Source: an uncultured Gammaproteobacteria bacterium
GTDB taxonomy: Bacteria > Patescibacteriota > Patescibacteriia > UBA9934
Direction of reading: 5' to 3'
Assembly: GCA_964552565.1 (NCBI GenBank)
Contig: CAZKGL010000001.1
Location: 307,061-371,060, forward strand
DNA: 64,000 nt
Notes under the pieces: model-generated
Database searches by the model: none
Told to the model about the DNA's origin: nothing
The model's input: only the letters and a program-made list of their open reading frames with translations
Program-made: the position numbers and the translations under genes
Shown: one piece after another, positions 26,249 to 34,317 of the stretch
How the letters are laid out: every line of letters starts with the position of its first letter
How positions within the stretch are numbered: position 1 is the first letter of the stretch

Positions 26249-26526
26249 ACCAGGTCGTGTCGCTCTTTGTCCGACTCTCGTACCACCCGGCCGCGCCGTA
26301 CCTCACGATGCTCATCGTCGGAGAGGCGGCTGTCGGACTCATCTCCTGGGGCGGCGGACTCACGCACGTCCCCTGGTGGCATGCGGCGCTCGGCGTCGGC
26401 GTCACCATGCTGGTGCTGACGGCCGCTCTCCGCGCCGACGAGCGGACGCTGGCGAAGTACTACGGGCACATGCTCGTCGCCTTCGCCGCCGTCGTGCTCC
26501 TCGTCGGCTGGATGGTGACGCCGTGA
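26245..26526 (+). CDS. Array gene 10: small membrane protein (93 aa)
   Basis: GGAGGacccATG overlaps the upstream stop (ATGA); 3 TM helices. Confidence 0.5.
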   Translation: MNQVVSLFVRLSYHPAAPYLTMLIVGEAAVGLISWGGGLTHVPWWHAALGVGVTMLVLTAALRADERTLAKYYGHMLVAFAAVVLLVGWMVTP

Positions 26527-26684
26527 CGCTCACGGCCGCCTCCGTCGCTGCGTGCGCCGTCGACCTCGTCCTCGCGCTCGCCGTCCTCGTCGCCATGATC
26601 CGATGGTGGCCGGAGACGCGGCGCGAGCGCCTCAATCGCCGCATGGGAGGACCGGACCTCCGTGAACGCCCCCGCTCGTGCTGA
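26523..26684 (+). CDS. Array gene 11: very small TM protein (~53 aa), GTG start overlapping the upstream stop (GTGA)
   Basis: One TM plus a basic tail. Weakly supported; the terminator follows. Confidence 0.25.
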   Translation: MTLTAASVAACAVDLVLALAVLVAMIRWWPETRRERLNRRMGGPDLRERPRSC

Positions 26685-26708
26685 GCCGGGGCGTTCTTCC
26701 TTTTATTG
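26664..26708 (+). terminator. Rho-independent terminator closing the small-gene array
   Basis: GAACGCCCCCG...CGGGGCGTTC hairpin followed by TTCCTTTTATT. Confidence 0.55.
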
Positions 26709-26745
26709 CAAACGATGGGCGTTTTCGTTACACTCATCCCATTCT

Positions 26746-28527
26746 ATGATTACCGGCAACGAACTTCGCAAGAAGTACATCGATTTTTTCAAAACGAAAG
26801 GCCACGCCGAGATCGCGTCCGCATCCGTCGTCCCCGAAAACGACCCGACGGTGCTCTTCACGACCGCCGGCATGCACCCGCTCGTCCCGTACCTTTTGGG
26901 CGAGCCGCATCCGTCCGGCAAGCGCCTTGTCGACTACCAGCGCTGCATCCGCACCGGCGACATCGACGACGTGGGCGACAACACGCACCTCACATTCTTC
27001 ACGATGCTCGGCAACTGGAGCCTCGGCGATTACTTCAAGAGGGAGTCGATTGCATGGAGCTTCGAGTTTTTGACGTCGCCGGAGTGGCTCGGCATTCCAT
27101 TGTCGCATCTGTCGTTCACGGTGTTCGAGGGCGACGAGAACGCGCCGTTCGACGATGAGGCGTACGGCCATTGGACGCAGCTCGGCGTCGCGCCGGAGCG
27201 CATTGCGAAGCTCGGCAAGGAGGACAACTGGTGGGGTCCGGCGGGCAAGACCGGTCCGTGCGGTCCGGACACGGAGATTTTTTATTGGACGGGGGAGGGC
27301 GAGGCGCCGGCCGTGTACGACCCGAAGGACAAGCGCTGGATGGAGATCTGGAACAACGTCTTCATGCAGTTCAACAAGCAGGAGGACGGCACGCTTGCGC
27401 CGCTTGCCGCGGGGAGCGTCGACACGGGCATGGGGCTCGAGCGCACCATCGTCGCCCTGCAGAAGAAGGCGAACGTGTACGAGACCGAATTGTTCACCGG
27501 CATCCTCGGCGCCATCGAGCGGCTGTCGGGCAAGGCATACGCGTCCGACGCCGACGTCACGAAGTCGATGCGCATCATCGCCGACCACCTCCGTGCCGCG
27601 TCCGTCATGGTGATGGATGGCGTCGCGCCGTCGAACAAAGACCAGGGGTACATTCTCCGCCGCCTTGTGCGCCGCGCCATCCGGCACGGGCGCAAGCTTG
27701 GCGTCGAGAGCGGCGCGCTGATCCCGGCGGTCGTCGGCGAAATCGCCGCGTCGCTTGGCGAGGCATATCCAAAACTCGTCGAAACGCAATCGGACATCGT
27801 CGCGGCCATCGATGCCGAGGCGAAGAAGTTTGAGAAGACGATCGCGCAGGGCTTGAAGGAGTTCCAGAAGATTTGGGAAAAGAAGCAAGCGATTTCCGGT
27901 GAAGACGCATTCAATCTGTACCAGTCGTACGGCTTCCCGCTCGAGGTGACGCAGGAGCTGGCGGCAGAGCAGGGGCAGCAGGTTGATCGTGACGTCTTTG
28001 CGTCGGAATTCAAGAAGCACCAGGACCTCTCGCGCGCGGGCGCGGAGCAGAAGTTCGCCGGAGGCCTCGCGGACCATTCCGCCGAGACGACGCGGCTCCA
28101 CACCGCGACGCACCTCGTGCACCAGGCGCTGCGCGATGTGCTCGGCCCGCACGTGGCGCAGAAGGGGAGTAACATCACTGCCGAGCGCATGCGCTTTGAC
28201 TTTTCGCATCCCGAAAAGATGACGCCGGAGCAGATCGCCGAGGTCGAACGCATCGTCAACGAACAGATCAAAAAAGACATGCCGGTGCACTTCGAGCTCC
28301 TCACGGTCGAGGAGGCGAAGGCGCGCGGCGCGATTGGCCTCTTCGAGGACAAGTACGCGGCCATCGGCGGCAAGATCAAGGTCTACTTCATGGGCGACTA
28401 CTCGAAGGAGATCTGCGGCGGCCCGCACGTCGAGCACACGGGTGAACTCGGCGGCTTCAAAATCGTAAAGGAAGAGGCCGTGTCGGCGGGTGTCCGACGT
28501 ATCAAAGCCGTTCTTGGTTCAACATAG
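26746..28527 (+). CDS. alaS: Alanyl-tRNA synthetase, short form (593 aa) without the C-terminal C-Ala domain
   Basis: N-terminus ELRKKYIDFFKTKGHAEIASASVVPENDPTVLFTTAGM. Editing-domain motifs HTATHLVHQAL and CGGPHVEH are present; the protein ends shortly after. Confidence 0.85.
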   Translation: MITGNELRKKYIDFFKTKGHAEIASASVVPENDPTVLFTTAGMHPLVPYLLGEPHPSGKRLVDYQRCIRTGDIDDVGDNTHLTFFTMLGNWSLGDYFKRESIAWSFEFLTSPEWLGIPLSHLSFTVFEGDENAPFDDEAYGHWTQLGVAPERIAKLGKEDNWWGPAGKTGPCGPDTEIFYWTGEGEAPAVYDPKDKRWMEIWNNVFMQFNKQEDGTLAPLAAGSVDTGMGLERTIVALQKKANVYETELFTGILGAIERLSGKAYASDADVTKSMRIIADHLRAASVMVMDGVAPSNKDQGYILRRLVRRAIRHGRKLGVESGALIPAVVGEIAASLGEAYPKLVETQSDIVAAIDAEAKKFEKTIAQGLKEFQKIWEKKQAISGEDAFNLYQSYGFPLEVTQELAAEQGQQVDRDVFASEFKKHQDLSRAGAEQKFAGGLADHSAETTRLHTATHLVHQALRDVLGPHVAQKGSNITAERMRFDFSHPEKMTPEQIAEVERIVNEQIKKDMPVHFELLTVEEAKARGAIGLFEDKYAAIGGKIKVYFMGDYSKEICGGPHVEHTGELGGFKIVKEEAVSAGVRRIKAVLGST

Positions 28528-28613
28528 ACCCATCCCGAGGCGGATGCCGAGGGACCTAGAAAAACGTCGTCACAGCGTCTGCTGGGTCCCTCCTGGCGTC
28601 GGGATGGTTTCAT

Positions 28614-29102
28614 ATGCCGATACTCCTCACAATTCTTCGTCCCTTCGCCGCAGTGGTGTTCTGGGCGATGGCGCGGTACCAGCGCCGCTACGGTCGGTTG
28701 CCGGAATGGTATTTTTTCCGCTTGCCGAAAATTGCCGTACAGACGGCGTGCGAGGTGCTCGTCATGCGTGGCGACGAACTCCTGCTGACCAAGCGTCCCG
28801 CAGACGATCCGTACTGGCCGTCGCAGTGGCATTTCCCCGGGACGCTCATCCGCCTTGCCGACGACGAGGCGTCGATCATGCGTCGACTTGCACGCGAACT
28901 CGGCGTCGATGCGCTTCCCTCGCGTCCGGTGCTGCACGCGACGGAGCTCTGGACGAACGAGCGCGGCCGTCATTTGCACGTGTTTTATCGGATGGATGTC
29001 CCAACGGACGCAACGTTTCCCGAGGGAACATTTTTCCCGCTTGCTGCGTTGCCCGGCGACATGATCGCGTACCAACGGGAACAGCTTCACCGCGTTCGTT
29101 GA
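28614..29102 (+). CDS. NUDIX-family hydrolase-like protein with a degenerate Nudix box
   Basis: WHFPGTLIRLADDEASIMRRLARELGV resembles the GX5EX7REUXEEXGU box. Confidence 0.4.
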   Translation: MPILLTILRPFAAVVFWAMARYQRRYGRLPEWYFFRLPKIAVQTACEVLVMRGDELLLTKRPADDPYWPSQWHFPGTLIRLADDEASIMRRLARELGVDALPSRPVLHATELWTNERGRHLHVFYRMDVPTDATFPEGTFFPLAALPGDMIAYQREQLHRVR

Positions 29103-29173
29103 GCATCGCCATTTCTCCGTTATACACACTCCCGCTTGCCCGGTCCCGATATCAGTCCGACAATATCGGTACT

Positions 29174-29617
29174 ATGCCCGAACGAGAACCGCACCGCCCC
29201 GATAACGAAACGCGCGCACGGCTCGAGGACATCAAGGCGCAGGCGAGGAAGATGCTCTTCGAAGACCCTGACCCGGAAACGCGCTACCAGGCGTACCAGC
29301 AGTACATCCGCGCGGCGGACAAGCTGGGCGATGCGTTTTCCGACCGGGAAATCCCGCTCGCGGTGAAGGGAAAGAGTTTGGATCGTGAGGCGTTCGCCGC
29401 GTGGGAATCCGGACGCGCAGGGCGCGAGCTCCAGGCAAAAGAGATCGGCGCGGCGATCGATAGGCGATGGGAGGCGGAAAGCGCCGCGCGGCGCGATGCG
29501 GCGATCGCCGAGGCCGCGAAGCTGCGCGAAACGCTGGAACAGGAGGAGCACACCGATCCTTTGGGCCACGCGCGGGAGTTCCGCATACAGGATTTTTTGA
29601 AAAAGGACGAGGAATAA
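29174..29617 (+). CDS. Hypothetical charged helical protein (147 aa)
   Basis: ORF with the internal start MPEREPHR; no family recognised. Confidence 0.4.
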   Translation: MPEREPHRPDNETRARLEDIKAQARKMLFEDPDPETRYQAYQQYIRAADKLGDAFSDREIPLAVKGKSLDREAFAAWESGRAGRELQAKEIGAAIDRRWEAESAARRDAAIAEAAKLRETLEQEEHTDPLGHAREFRIQDFLKKDEE

Positions 29618-29691
29618 GTAGGGTTCCACGCGTTCTTGACGTTTTCCTTATGGTTCGGTACACTCTGGGCGCCTCAAAAACGTCCCTTTTC

Positions 29692-29720
29692 TTGCATAGT
29701 TAGCGGAGATTTGCTATAGT
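29692..29720 (+). promoter_or_regulatory. Strong sigma70-like promoter TTGCAT-N17-TATAGT for the infA-ribosomal operon. It would give a near-leaderless transcript. A second candidate, TTGACG-N17-TACACT, lies at 29636-29664.
   Basis: Hexamers read directly; the -10 ends 11 nt before the infA ATG. Confidence 0.5.
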
Positions 29721-29731
29721 CCCGCTACCGT

Positions 29732-29947
29732 ATGGCAGAAAAGATGTTTATTGAGATGCGCGGCGAGGTGCTTGAAGCCCTGCCCGCAGGCGCGTTCCGG
29801 GTCAAACTCGAGAACGACCAAGAGATTCTCGCTCACCTGTCAGGAAAGATGCGTCAGAACCGCATCCGCATCCTGCCCGGCGACGATGTCAGGATTGAGA
29901 TCAGCCCGTATGATCTCACGAAAGGACGCATCACGTTCCGCTTCTAA
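29732..29947 (+). CDS. infA: Translation initiation factor IF-1
   Basis: The 71-aa S1-like protein [41 protein letters not shown] is a typical IF-1. Confidence 0.9.
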   Translation: MAEKMFIEMRGEVLEALPAGAFRVKLENDQEILAHLSGKMRQNRIRILPGDDVRIEISPYDLTKGRITFRF

Positions 29948-30036
29948 AGCAGACGGCATGACGTCCTTCGACAGAATCATCTCGTTCCTTGTGGGATGAT
30001 TTTGTCGTAAAAGGAGGCACGATAATTAACTGCGTT

Positions 30037-30153
30037 ATGAAAGTACGCGCATCCGTCAAAAAGATGTGCCGCGAATGCCAGGTGGTGCGCCGCCAGGGCC
30101 GCGTGCACGTCATTTGTCCCAAGACTCCTAAGCACAAGCAGCGTCAAGGCTAA
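30037..30153 (+). CDS. rpmJ: 50S ribosomal protein L36
   Basis: My translation [38 protein letters not shown] has the zinc-ribbon CxxC...C...H. It is below the ORF-track cutoff. Confidence 0.85.
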   Translation: MKVRASVKKMCRECQVVRRQGRVHVICPKTPKHKQRQG

Positions 30154-30156
30154 CCT

Positions 30157-30543
30157 ATGGCACGTATCGCCGGAGTAACCCTCCCCAGCAACAAGCGCAT
30201 CGTCATCGCCCTGCAGTACATCTACGGGATCGGTGCGACCCGCGCCCAAGACATCCTGAAGCGCGCCAAGGTGAGCGAGGACACCCGCGCCAAAGACCTC
30301 ACGGCCGACGAAGAGAACGCCATCCGCGTCATCGTGGAAAAGGAGTTCCGCGTCGAAGGTGAACTGCGCCGCGAAGTCATGGGTAACATCAAGCGCCTGA
30401 AAGACATCGGTTCGTACCGTGGCGCACGCCACACGAAGAACCTGCCGGCCCGCGGCCAGCGCACGCGCACGAACTCGCGCACCCGCCGTGGCAACGTCCG
30501 CAAGACTGCGGGCAGCGGCCGCCGCATCCTGACGAAGACCTAG
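30157..30543 (+). CDS. rpsM: 30S ribosomal protein S13
   Basis: [26 protein letters not shown] is the S13 signature. Confidence 0.9.
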   Translation: MARIAGVTLPSNKRIVIALQYIYGIGATRAQDILKRAKVSEDTRAKDLTADEENAIRVIVEKEFRVEGELRREVMGNIKRLKDIGSYRGARHTKNLPARGQRTRTNSRTRRGNVRKTAGSGRRILTKT

Positions 30544-30552
30544 TCTCCTGCT

Positions 30553-31035
30553 ATGAGCGAAGAAATGATCAAGACTGACGCCCCGGCGGCTGAGGCCCCG
30601 GTATCGACGGAGGAGGGCAAGGCTGCCGTCGCCAAGAAAGGCGACAAGGCGCAGCGCACGGCAAAGGGCAAGAAGCGCGTCGTACGCGCCGTGCCCCAGG
30701 GCCGCGCCTACATCCAGGCGAGCTTCAACAACACGATCGTCACCCTGACGGACGCCAACGGCAACACCCTTTCGTGGGCGAGCGCCGGCAACTGCGGGTT
30801 CAAGGGCCCGAAGAAGGCGACCCCGTACGCGGCGAGCATGATCGTGAAGAAGATCGCGGAGCAGAGCGTTCCGTACGGCGTGAAGGACCTGCACGTGTTC
30901 GTCAGCGGCATCGGCAACGGCCGCGACGGCGCGCTCCGCGCACTGAACGCCAACGGTTTCAACGTACTTTCGATTAAGGACCTGACGCCGGTCGCGCACA
31001 ACGGGTGCCGCCCGCGCCGCGCCCGCCGCGTCTAA
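30553..31035 (+). CDS. rpsK: 30S ribosomal protein S11 with an N-terminal extension
   Basis: GRAYIQASFNNTIVTLTDANGNTLSWASAG...GFKGPKKATPYAA. Confidence 0.9.
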   Translation: MSEEMIKTDAPAAEAPVSTEEGKAAVAKKGDKAQRTAKGKKRVVRAVPQGRAYIQASFNNTIVTLTDANGNTLSWASAGNCGFKGPKKATPYAASMIVKKIAEQSVPYGVKDLHVFVSGIGNGRDGALRALNANGFNVLSIKDLTPVAHNGCRPRRARRV

Positions 31036-31038
31036 TCT

Positions 31039-31662
31039 ATGGGTAAGACTCTCAACAAACTTGGGAAGATGAGCCGCCGCGAGGGCGTGCCGCTTTCGAC
31101 GAGCGCGAGTATCATCAAGGTGATGCAGCGACGCCCGTATGCGCCGGGTGCACACGGCAAGAAGAACGCAGGCCGCCCGCCGCGCCTGTCCGTCTTCGGC
31201 CAGCAGCTGCGCGAAAAGCAGAAGGCGAAGCGCCTCTACGGCATCATGGAACAGCAGTTCCGCAACTACTTCACCAAGGCCTCGCGCCTGGAGGGCAACA
31301 CGGGTGAACACCTGAGCCGCCTCCTCGAGCTGCGCCTCGACAACGTCGTGTTCCGCCTCGGATTCGCGAAGACCCGCCCGCAGGCCCGCCAGATGGTCAG
31401 CCATGGCATGTTCCTCGTGAACGGCGAGAAGGTGAACATCCCGTCGTATCAGGTGCGCATCGGCGATATCGTCGAGCTGCGCCCGAACAAGAAGGACAAG
31501 AAGGTGTTTGGCGACTTGGAAGACCGCTTGAAGACCGTCACGGTCCCGGGCTGGCTCCACATGGAGGCTGCGAAGGGCAAAGTGGTCAGCGTTCCTGCAG
31601 GCGAGGACCTTAAGGAAGCGTTCGATCCTAAACTCATCGTCGAGTTCTACTCGATGCGATAA
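31039..31662 (+). CDS. rpsD: 30S ribosomal protein S4
   Basis: LREKQKAKRLYGIMEQQFRNYF...RLDNVVFRLGFA. Confidence 0.9.
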   Translation: MGKTLNKLGKMSRREGVPLSTSASIIKVMQRRPYAPGAHGKKNAGRPPRLSVFGQQLREKQKAKRLYGIMEQQFRNYFTKASRLEGNTGEHLSRLLELRLDNVVFRLGFAKTRPQARQMVSHGMFLVNGEKVNIPSYQVRIGDIVELRPNKKDKKVFGDLEDRLKTVTVPGWLHMEAAKGKVVSVPAGEDLKEAFDPKLIVEFYSMR

Positions 31663-31674
31663 TATCGCCCTTCT

Positions 31675-32418
31675 ATGGAGAACATTCTCCTTCCGTCCAA
31701 GATGTACTTCGCCCCTGGCGAGCGCGAGCATGAGGCCATCCTCACCATCGAGCCTTTGCACCACGGGTACGGCACCACGGTCGGCAACACGCTCCGCCGC
31801 ATCCTCCTCTCGTCCCTTCCGGGCGCTGCGGTGGTCGGCATGAAGATCAAGGGCGTCCAGCACGAGTTCTCGGCCGTCACCGGCGTCAAGGAAGACGTGC
31901 TCGAGATCATGCTCAACTTGAAGCAGTTGCGCATGAAGGTGCACAGCGAAGAGCCGGTCACGCTGAAGCTCACCGCGAACAAGGCGGGCGAGGTCACGGC
32001 GGCCGACATCGCGCCGAACGCGGATGTCGAGATCATGAACAAGGAACTCGTCATCTGCACGCTGACCGACGCCGCGAACTTCGACATGGACATCGTCGTG
32101 TCGCGCGGCCGCGGCTACCTCCCGACGGAGGAGCGCGAAGAGACGACGTCGGAGATCGGCATGATCGCGGTTGACGCGATGTTCAGCCCGGTCCGCCAAG
32201 TGGGTCTTCGCATCGAAAACACCCGTGTCGGCGAAATCACGAACTACGACAAGCTCATCATGAGCATTGTGACCGACGGGACGGTGACGCCCCAGGAGGC
32301 GGTCGAGCACGCGACGAAGATCATCCTCAACCACTTTACCTGGATCCAGAGCCAGTTGAGTCACGCCTCCCTGACCGAACAGATCGCGAAGGCGGCGGAC
32401 GCATCGGCCGAGGGCTAA
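31675..32418 (+). CDS. rpoA: DNA-directed RNA polymerase alpha subunit, N-terminal domain only (247 aa); no alpha-CTD
   Basis: The NTD matches (ILTIEPLHHGYGTTVGNTLRRILLSSLPGAAV). The stop is at 32418 and rplQ starts at 32425, so there is no room for a CTD. Confidence 0.85.
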   Translation: MENILLPSKMYFAPGEREHEAILTIEPLHHGYGTTVGNTLRRILLSSLPGAAVVGMKIKGVQHEFSAVTGVKEDVLEIMLNLKQLRMKVHSEEPVTLKLTANKAGEVTAADIAPNADVEIMNKELVICTLTDAANFDMDIVVSRGRGYLPTEEREETTSEIGMIAVDAMFSPVRQVGLRIENTRVGEITNYDKLIMSIVTDGTVTPQEAVEHATKIILNHFTWIQSQLSHASLTEQIAKAADASAEG

Positions 32419-32424
32419 GTCACT

Positions 32425-32775
32425 ATGCGCCACCGAAAGAATAAAAAGACATTCAGCAGGCACACCTCGGCCCGCAAGGCCCTGGTGCGTGACCTTGTCA
32501 CGAGCGTCGTCACCTACGAGAAGGTCGAGACGACGATTGCCCGCGCCAAGGTGACCCGCCCGGCGCTCGAGAAGCTTATTACGCTCTCGAAGCGCGGCGA
32601 CCTTGCCGCGCGCCGCGCGCTCCTCGCGTACTTCACGACCGAACAGCCGGTCAAGAAGCTCCTCGAGGTGCTCGGCCCGCGCTACAAGGACCGCACCGGC
32701 GGCTACACCCGTATTACGAAGCTCGGCACCCGCAAGGGCGACGCGGCCGACTTGGCGCTCATCGAACTCGTGTAA
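32425..32775 (+). CDS. rplQ: 50S ribosomal protein L17
   Basis: MRHRKNKKTFSRHTSARKALVRDLV. Confidence 0.9.
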   Translation: MRHRKNKKTFSRHTSARKALVRDLVTSVVTYEKVETTIARAKVTRPALEKLITLSKRGDLAARRALLAYFTTEQPVKKLLEVLGPRYKDRTGGYTRITKLGTRKGDAADLALIELV

Positions 32776-32776
32776 T

Positions 32777-33145
32777 ATGGCAACGAAGAACATCACCACG
32801 GTCCGCAAGACCGTCACCATCGACGCGACGGGCAAGGTGCTCGGACGCTTGGCGACCTCGATTGCCATGAACCTCATGGGCAAGACGAGTGCGGCCTACG
32901 TGCCGAACGTCGACGCCGGCAATGCCGTCGTCGTCACCAATGTCGCCGGCATGAAGGTCACCGGCAAAAAGTACGAGCAGAAGGAGTACTTCCGCCACAG
33001 CGGCTGGCCGGGCGGCATCCACAAGAAGACGATGCGCGAGATGTGGGAGAAAGACCCGGCAGAGGTGCTCCGCGCAGCGGTGTCCCGCATGCTCCCGAAG
33101 AACAAGCACCGCACCAACCGTTTGAAGCGCCTCACCATCTCGTAA
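32777..33145 (+). CDS. rplM: 50S ribosomal protein L13
   Basis: TIDATGKVLGRLATSIAMNLMGK...GWPGGIH. The ATG is at 32777, inside a longer ORF frame. Confidence 0.85.
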   Translation: MATKNITTVRKTVTIDATGKVLGRLATSIAMNLMGKTSAAYVPNVDAGNAVVVTNVAGMKVTGKKYEQKEYFRHSGWPGGIHKKTMREMWEKDPAEVLRAAVSRMLPKNKHRTNRLKRLTIS

Positions 33146-33146
33146 T

Positions 33147-33542
33147 ATGGCAGAAAAGTATTTCCAGGCTATCGGCCGCCGCAAGACCGCCATCGCGCAG
33201 GTCCGCCTCTATCCGGGCGGCAGCGGTACGATCACGGTGAACGACAAGCCGTACGATGCATTCTTCACCACGCCGACCCTTCGCGCCGCAGTCTTGCGTC
33301 CGCTGAAGGAGGCGGGGAAGGCGACCGCGGTCAACGTCACGGTGAAAACCGTCGGCGGCGGCCCGACCGGCCAGGCCGACGCGACCAAGCTCGGCATCGC
33401 CCGCGCGCTCGTCATGTACGACGAGGCGCTCAAGCCGTCCTTGAAGGCGCACAGCCTCTTGACGCGCGACCCGCGCAAGAAGGAGCGCAAGAAGTTCGGT
33501 AAGCACGGTGCCCGCCGCTCGCCGCAGTGGCGCAAGCGCTAA
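33147..33542 (+). CDS. rpsI: 30S ribosomal protein S9
   Basis: YFQAIGRRKTAIAQVRL...KKFGKHGARRSPQWRKR. Confidence 0.9.
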   Translation: MAEKYFQAIGRRKTAIAQVRLYPGGSGTITVNDKPYDAFFTTPTLRAAVLRPLKEAGKATAVNVTVKTVGGGPTGQADATKLGIARALVMYDEALKPSLKAHSLLTRDPRKKERKKFGKHGARRSPQWRKR

Positions 33543-33551
33543 GCAACAAAC

Positions 33552-33586
33552 AAAAACCCTCTCGCTCCGGCGAGGGGTTTTTGTTT
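33552..33586. terminator. Intrinsic terminator AAAAACCCTCTCGC-tccg-GCGAGGGGTTTTTG; first of three near-identical copies
   Basis: Read directly; bidirectional (A-run and T-run). Confidence 0.7.
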
Positions 33587-33593
33587 GCATGCG

Positions 33594-34028
33594 CTATGCC
33601 GCGCGTCGGATGCATTGTCCCAGCCAGGTGACGAGGTCGTTTTGCACGGCTTTGTTATCTGTCGATGAGGATTCAGCGACACGGATAACCGTCGCTTCAA
33701 GTTGTTCGGGTGGACAGGTAAATTCGTATCCGTTGATGGCGAGGAACACGATGAGCGCAGTACAGGCGATTCGCTTGTTACCGTTGTGCAGCGCATGTGC
33801 TTTTACAATGCCATAAAAGAGCACCGCAGCCTTCTCCTCGAAGCGAGGATACAGTTCTTGGCCTGCAAATGACTGTTGCGGACTGAAAAGTGCTGCATCC
33901 AGTTTGTGCAATTCGTTACGAGGGTCATCGAATGCGGGCATCGGCTCTCCGTATCGCGCAAACATCTCATTCGCAAGCGTCAACGCGAGTGTACGCAAAT
34001 CGTCCATTGTTAAGTAACGGACAGACAT
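33594..34028 (-). CDS. doc: Doc (death-on-curing) family toxin, Fic fold
   Basis: HALHNGNKRIACTALIVFLAINGY matches the Doc HxFx(D/N)GNKR motif. Confidence 0.75.
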   Translation of the reverse strand: MSVRYLTMDDLRTLALTLANEMFARYGEPMPAFDDPRNELHKLDAALFSPQQSFAGQELYPRFEEKAAVLFYGIVKAHALHNGNKRIACTALIVFLAINGYEFTCPPEQLEATVIRVAESSSTDNKAVQNDLVTWLGQCIRRAA

Positions 34029-34030
34029 GG

Positions 34031-34186
34031 CTATTTGTCCGCAAGATTGCGCAAAACTTGACCGTAGCGCTCTACGGTCATCCGCGTCGCCTCTTCGACG
34101 CTGATCCGCTTTGTCGGCATCTTCTCGACGTGCCGGCGGGTCAACGAGCGGATCTTTTTCTTTGCCTCATGGTAGAGTTTGCGCAT
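34031..34186 (-). CDS. Putative antitoxin (51 aa) immediately upstream of doc; below the ORF-track cutoff
   Basis: My own translation of the minus strand is MRKLYHEAKKKIRSLTAGHVEKMPTKRISVEEATRMTVERYGQVLRNLADK. It stops 2 nt before the doc ATG. Confidence 0.4.
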   Translation of the reverse strand: MRKLYHEAKKKIRSLTRRHVEKMPTKRISVEEATRMTVERYGQVLRNLADK

Positions 34187-34317
34187 AGGAGAGGGTCTCG
34201 TTCCATCATACAGAAGGCATCAGATCCTGCCAACTCGCTCGTGCACCGTGCGGGGTTGCGCGATTTCTATCCCCAGAACAGATTGTGGGGCAGCGTACGT
34301 TTGCTATTCTTTCGCAT

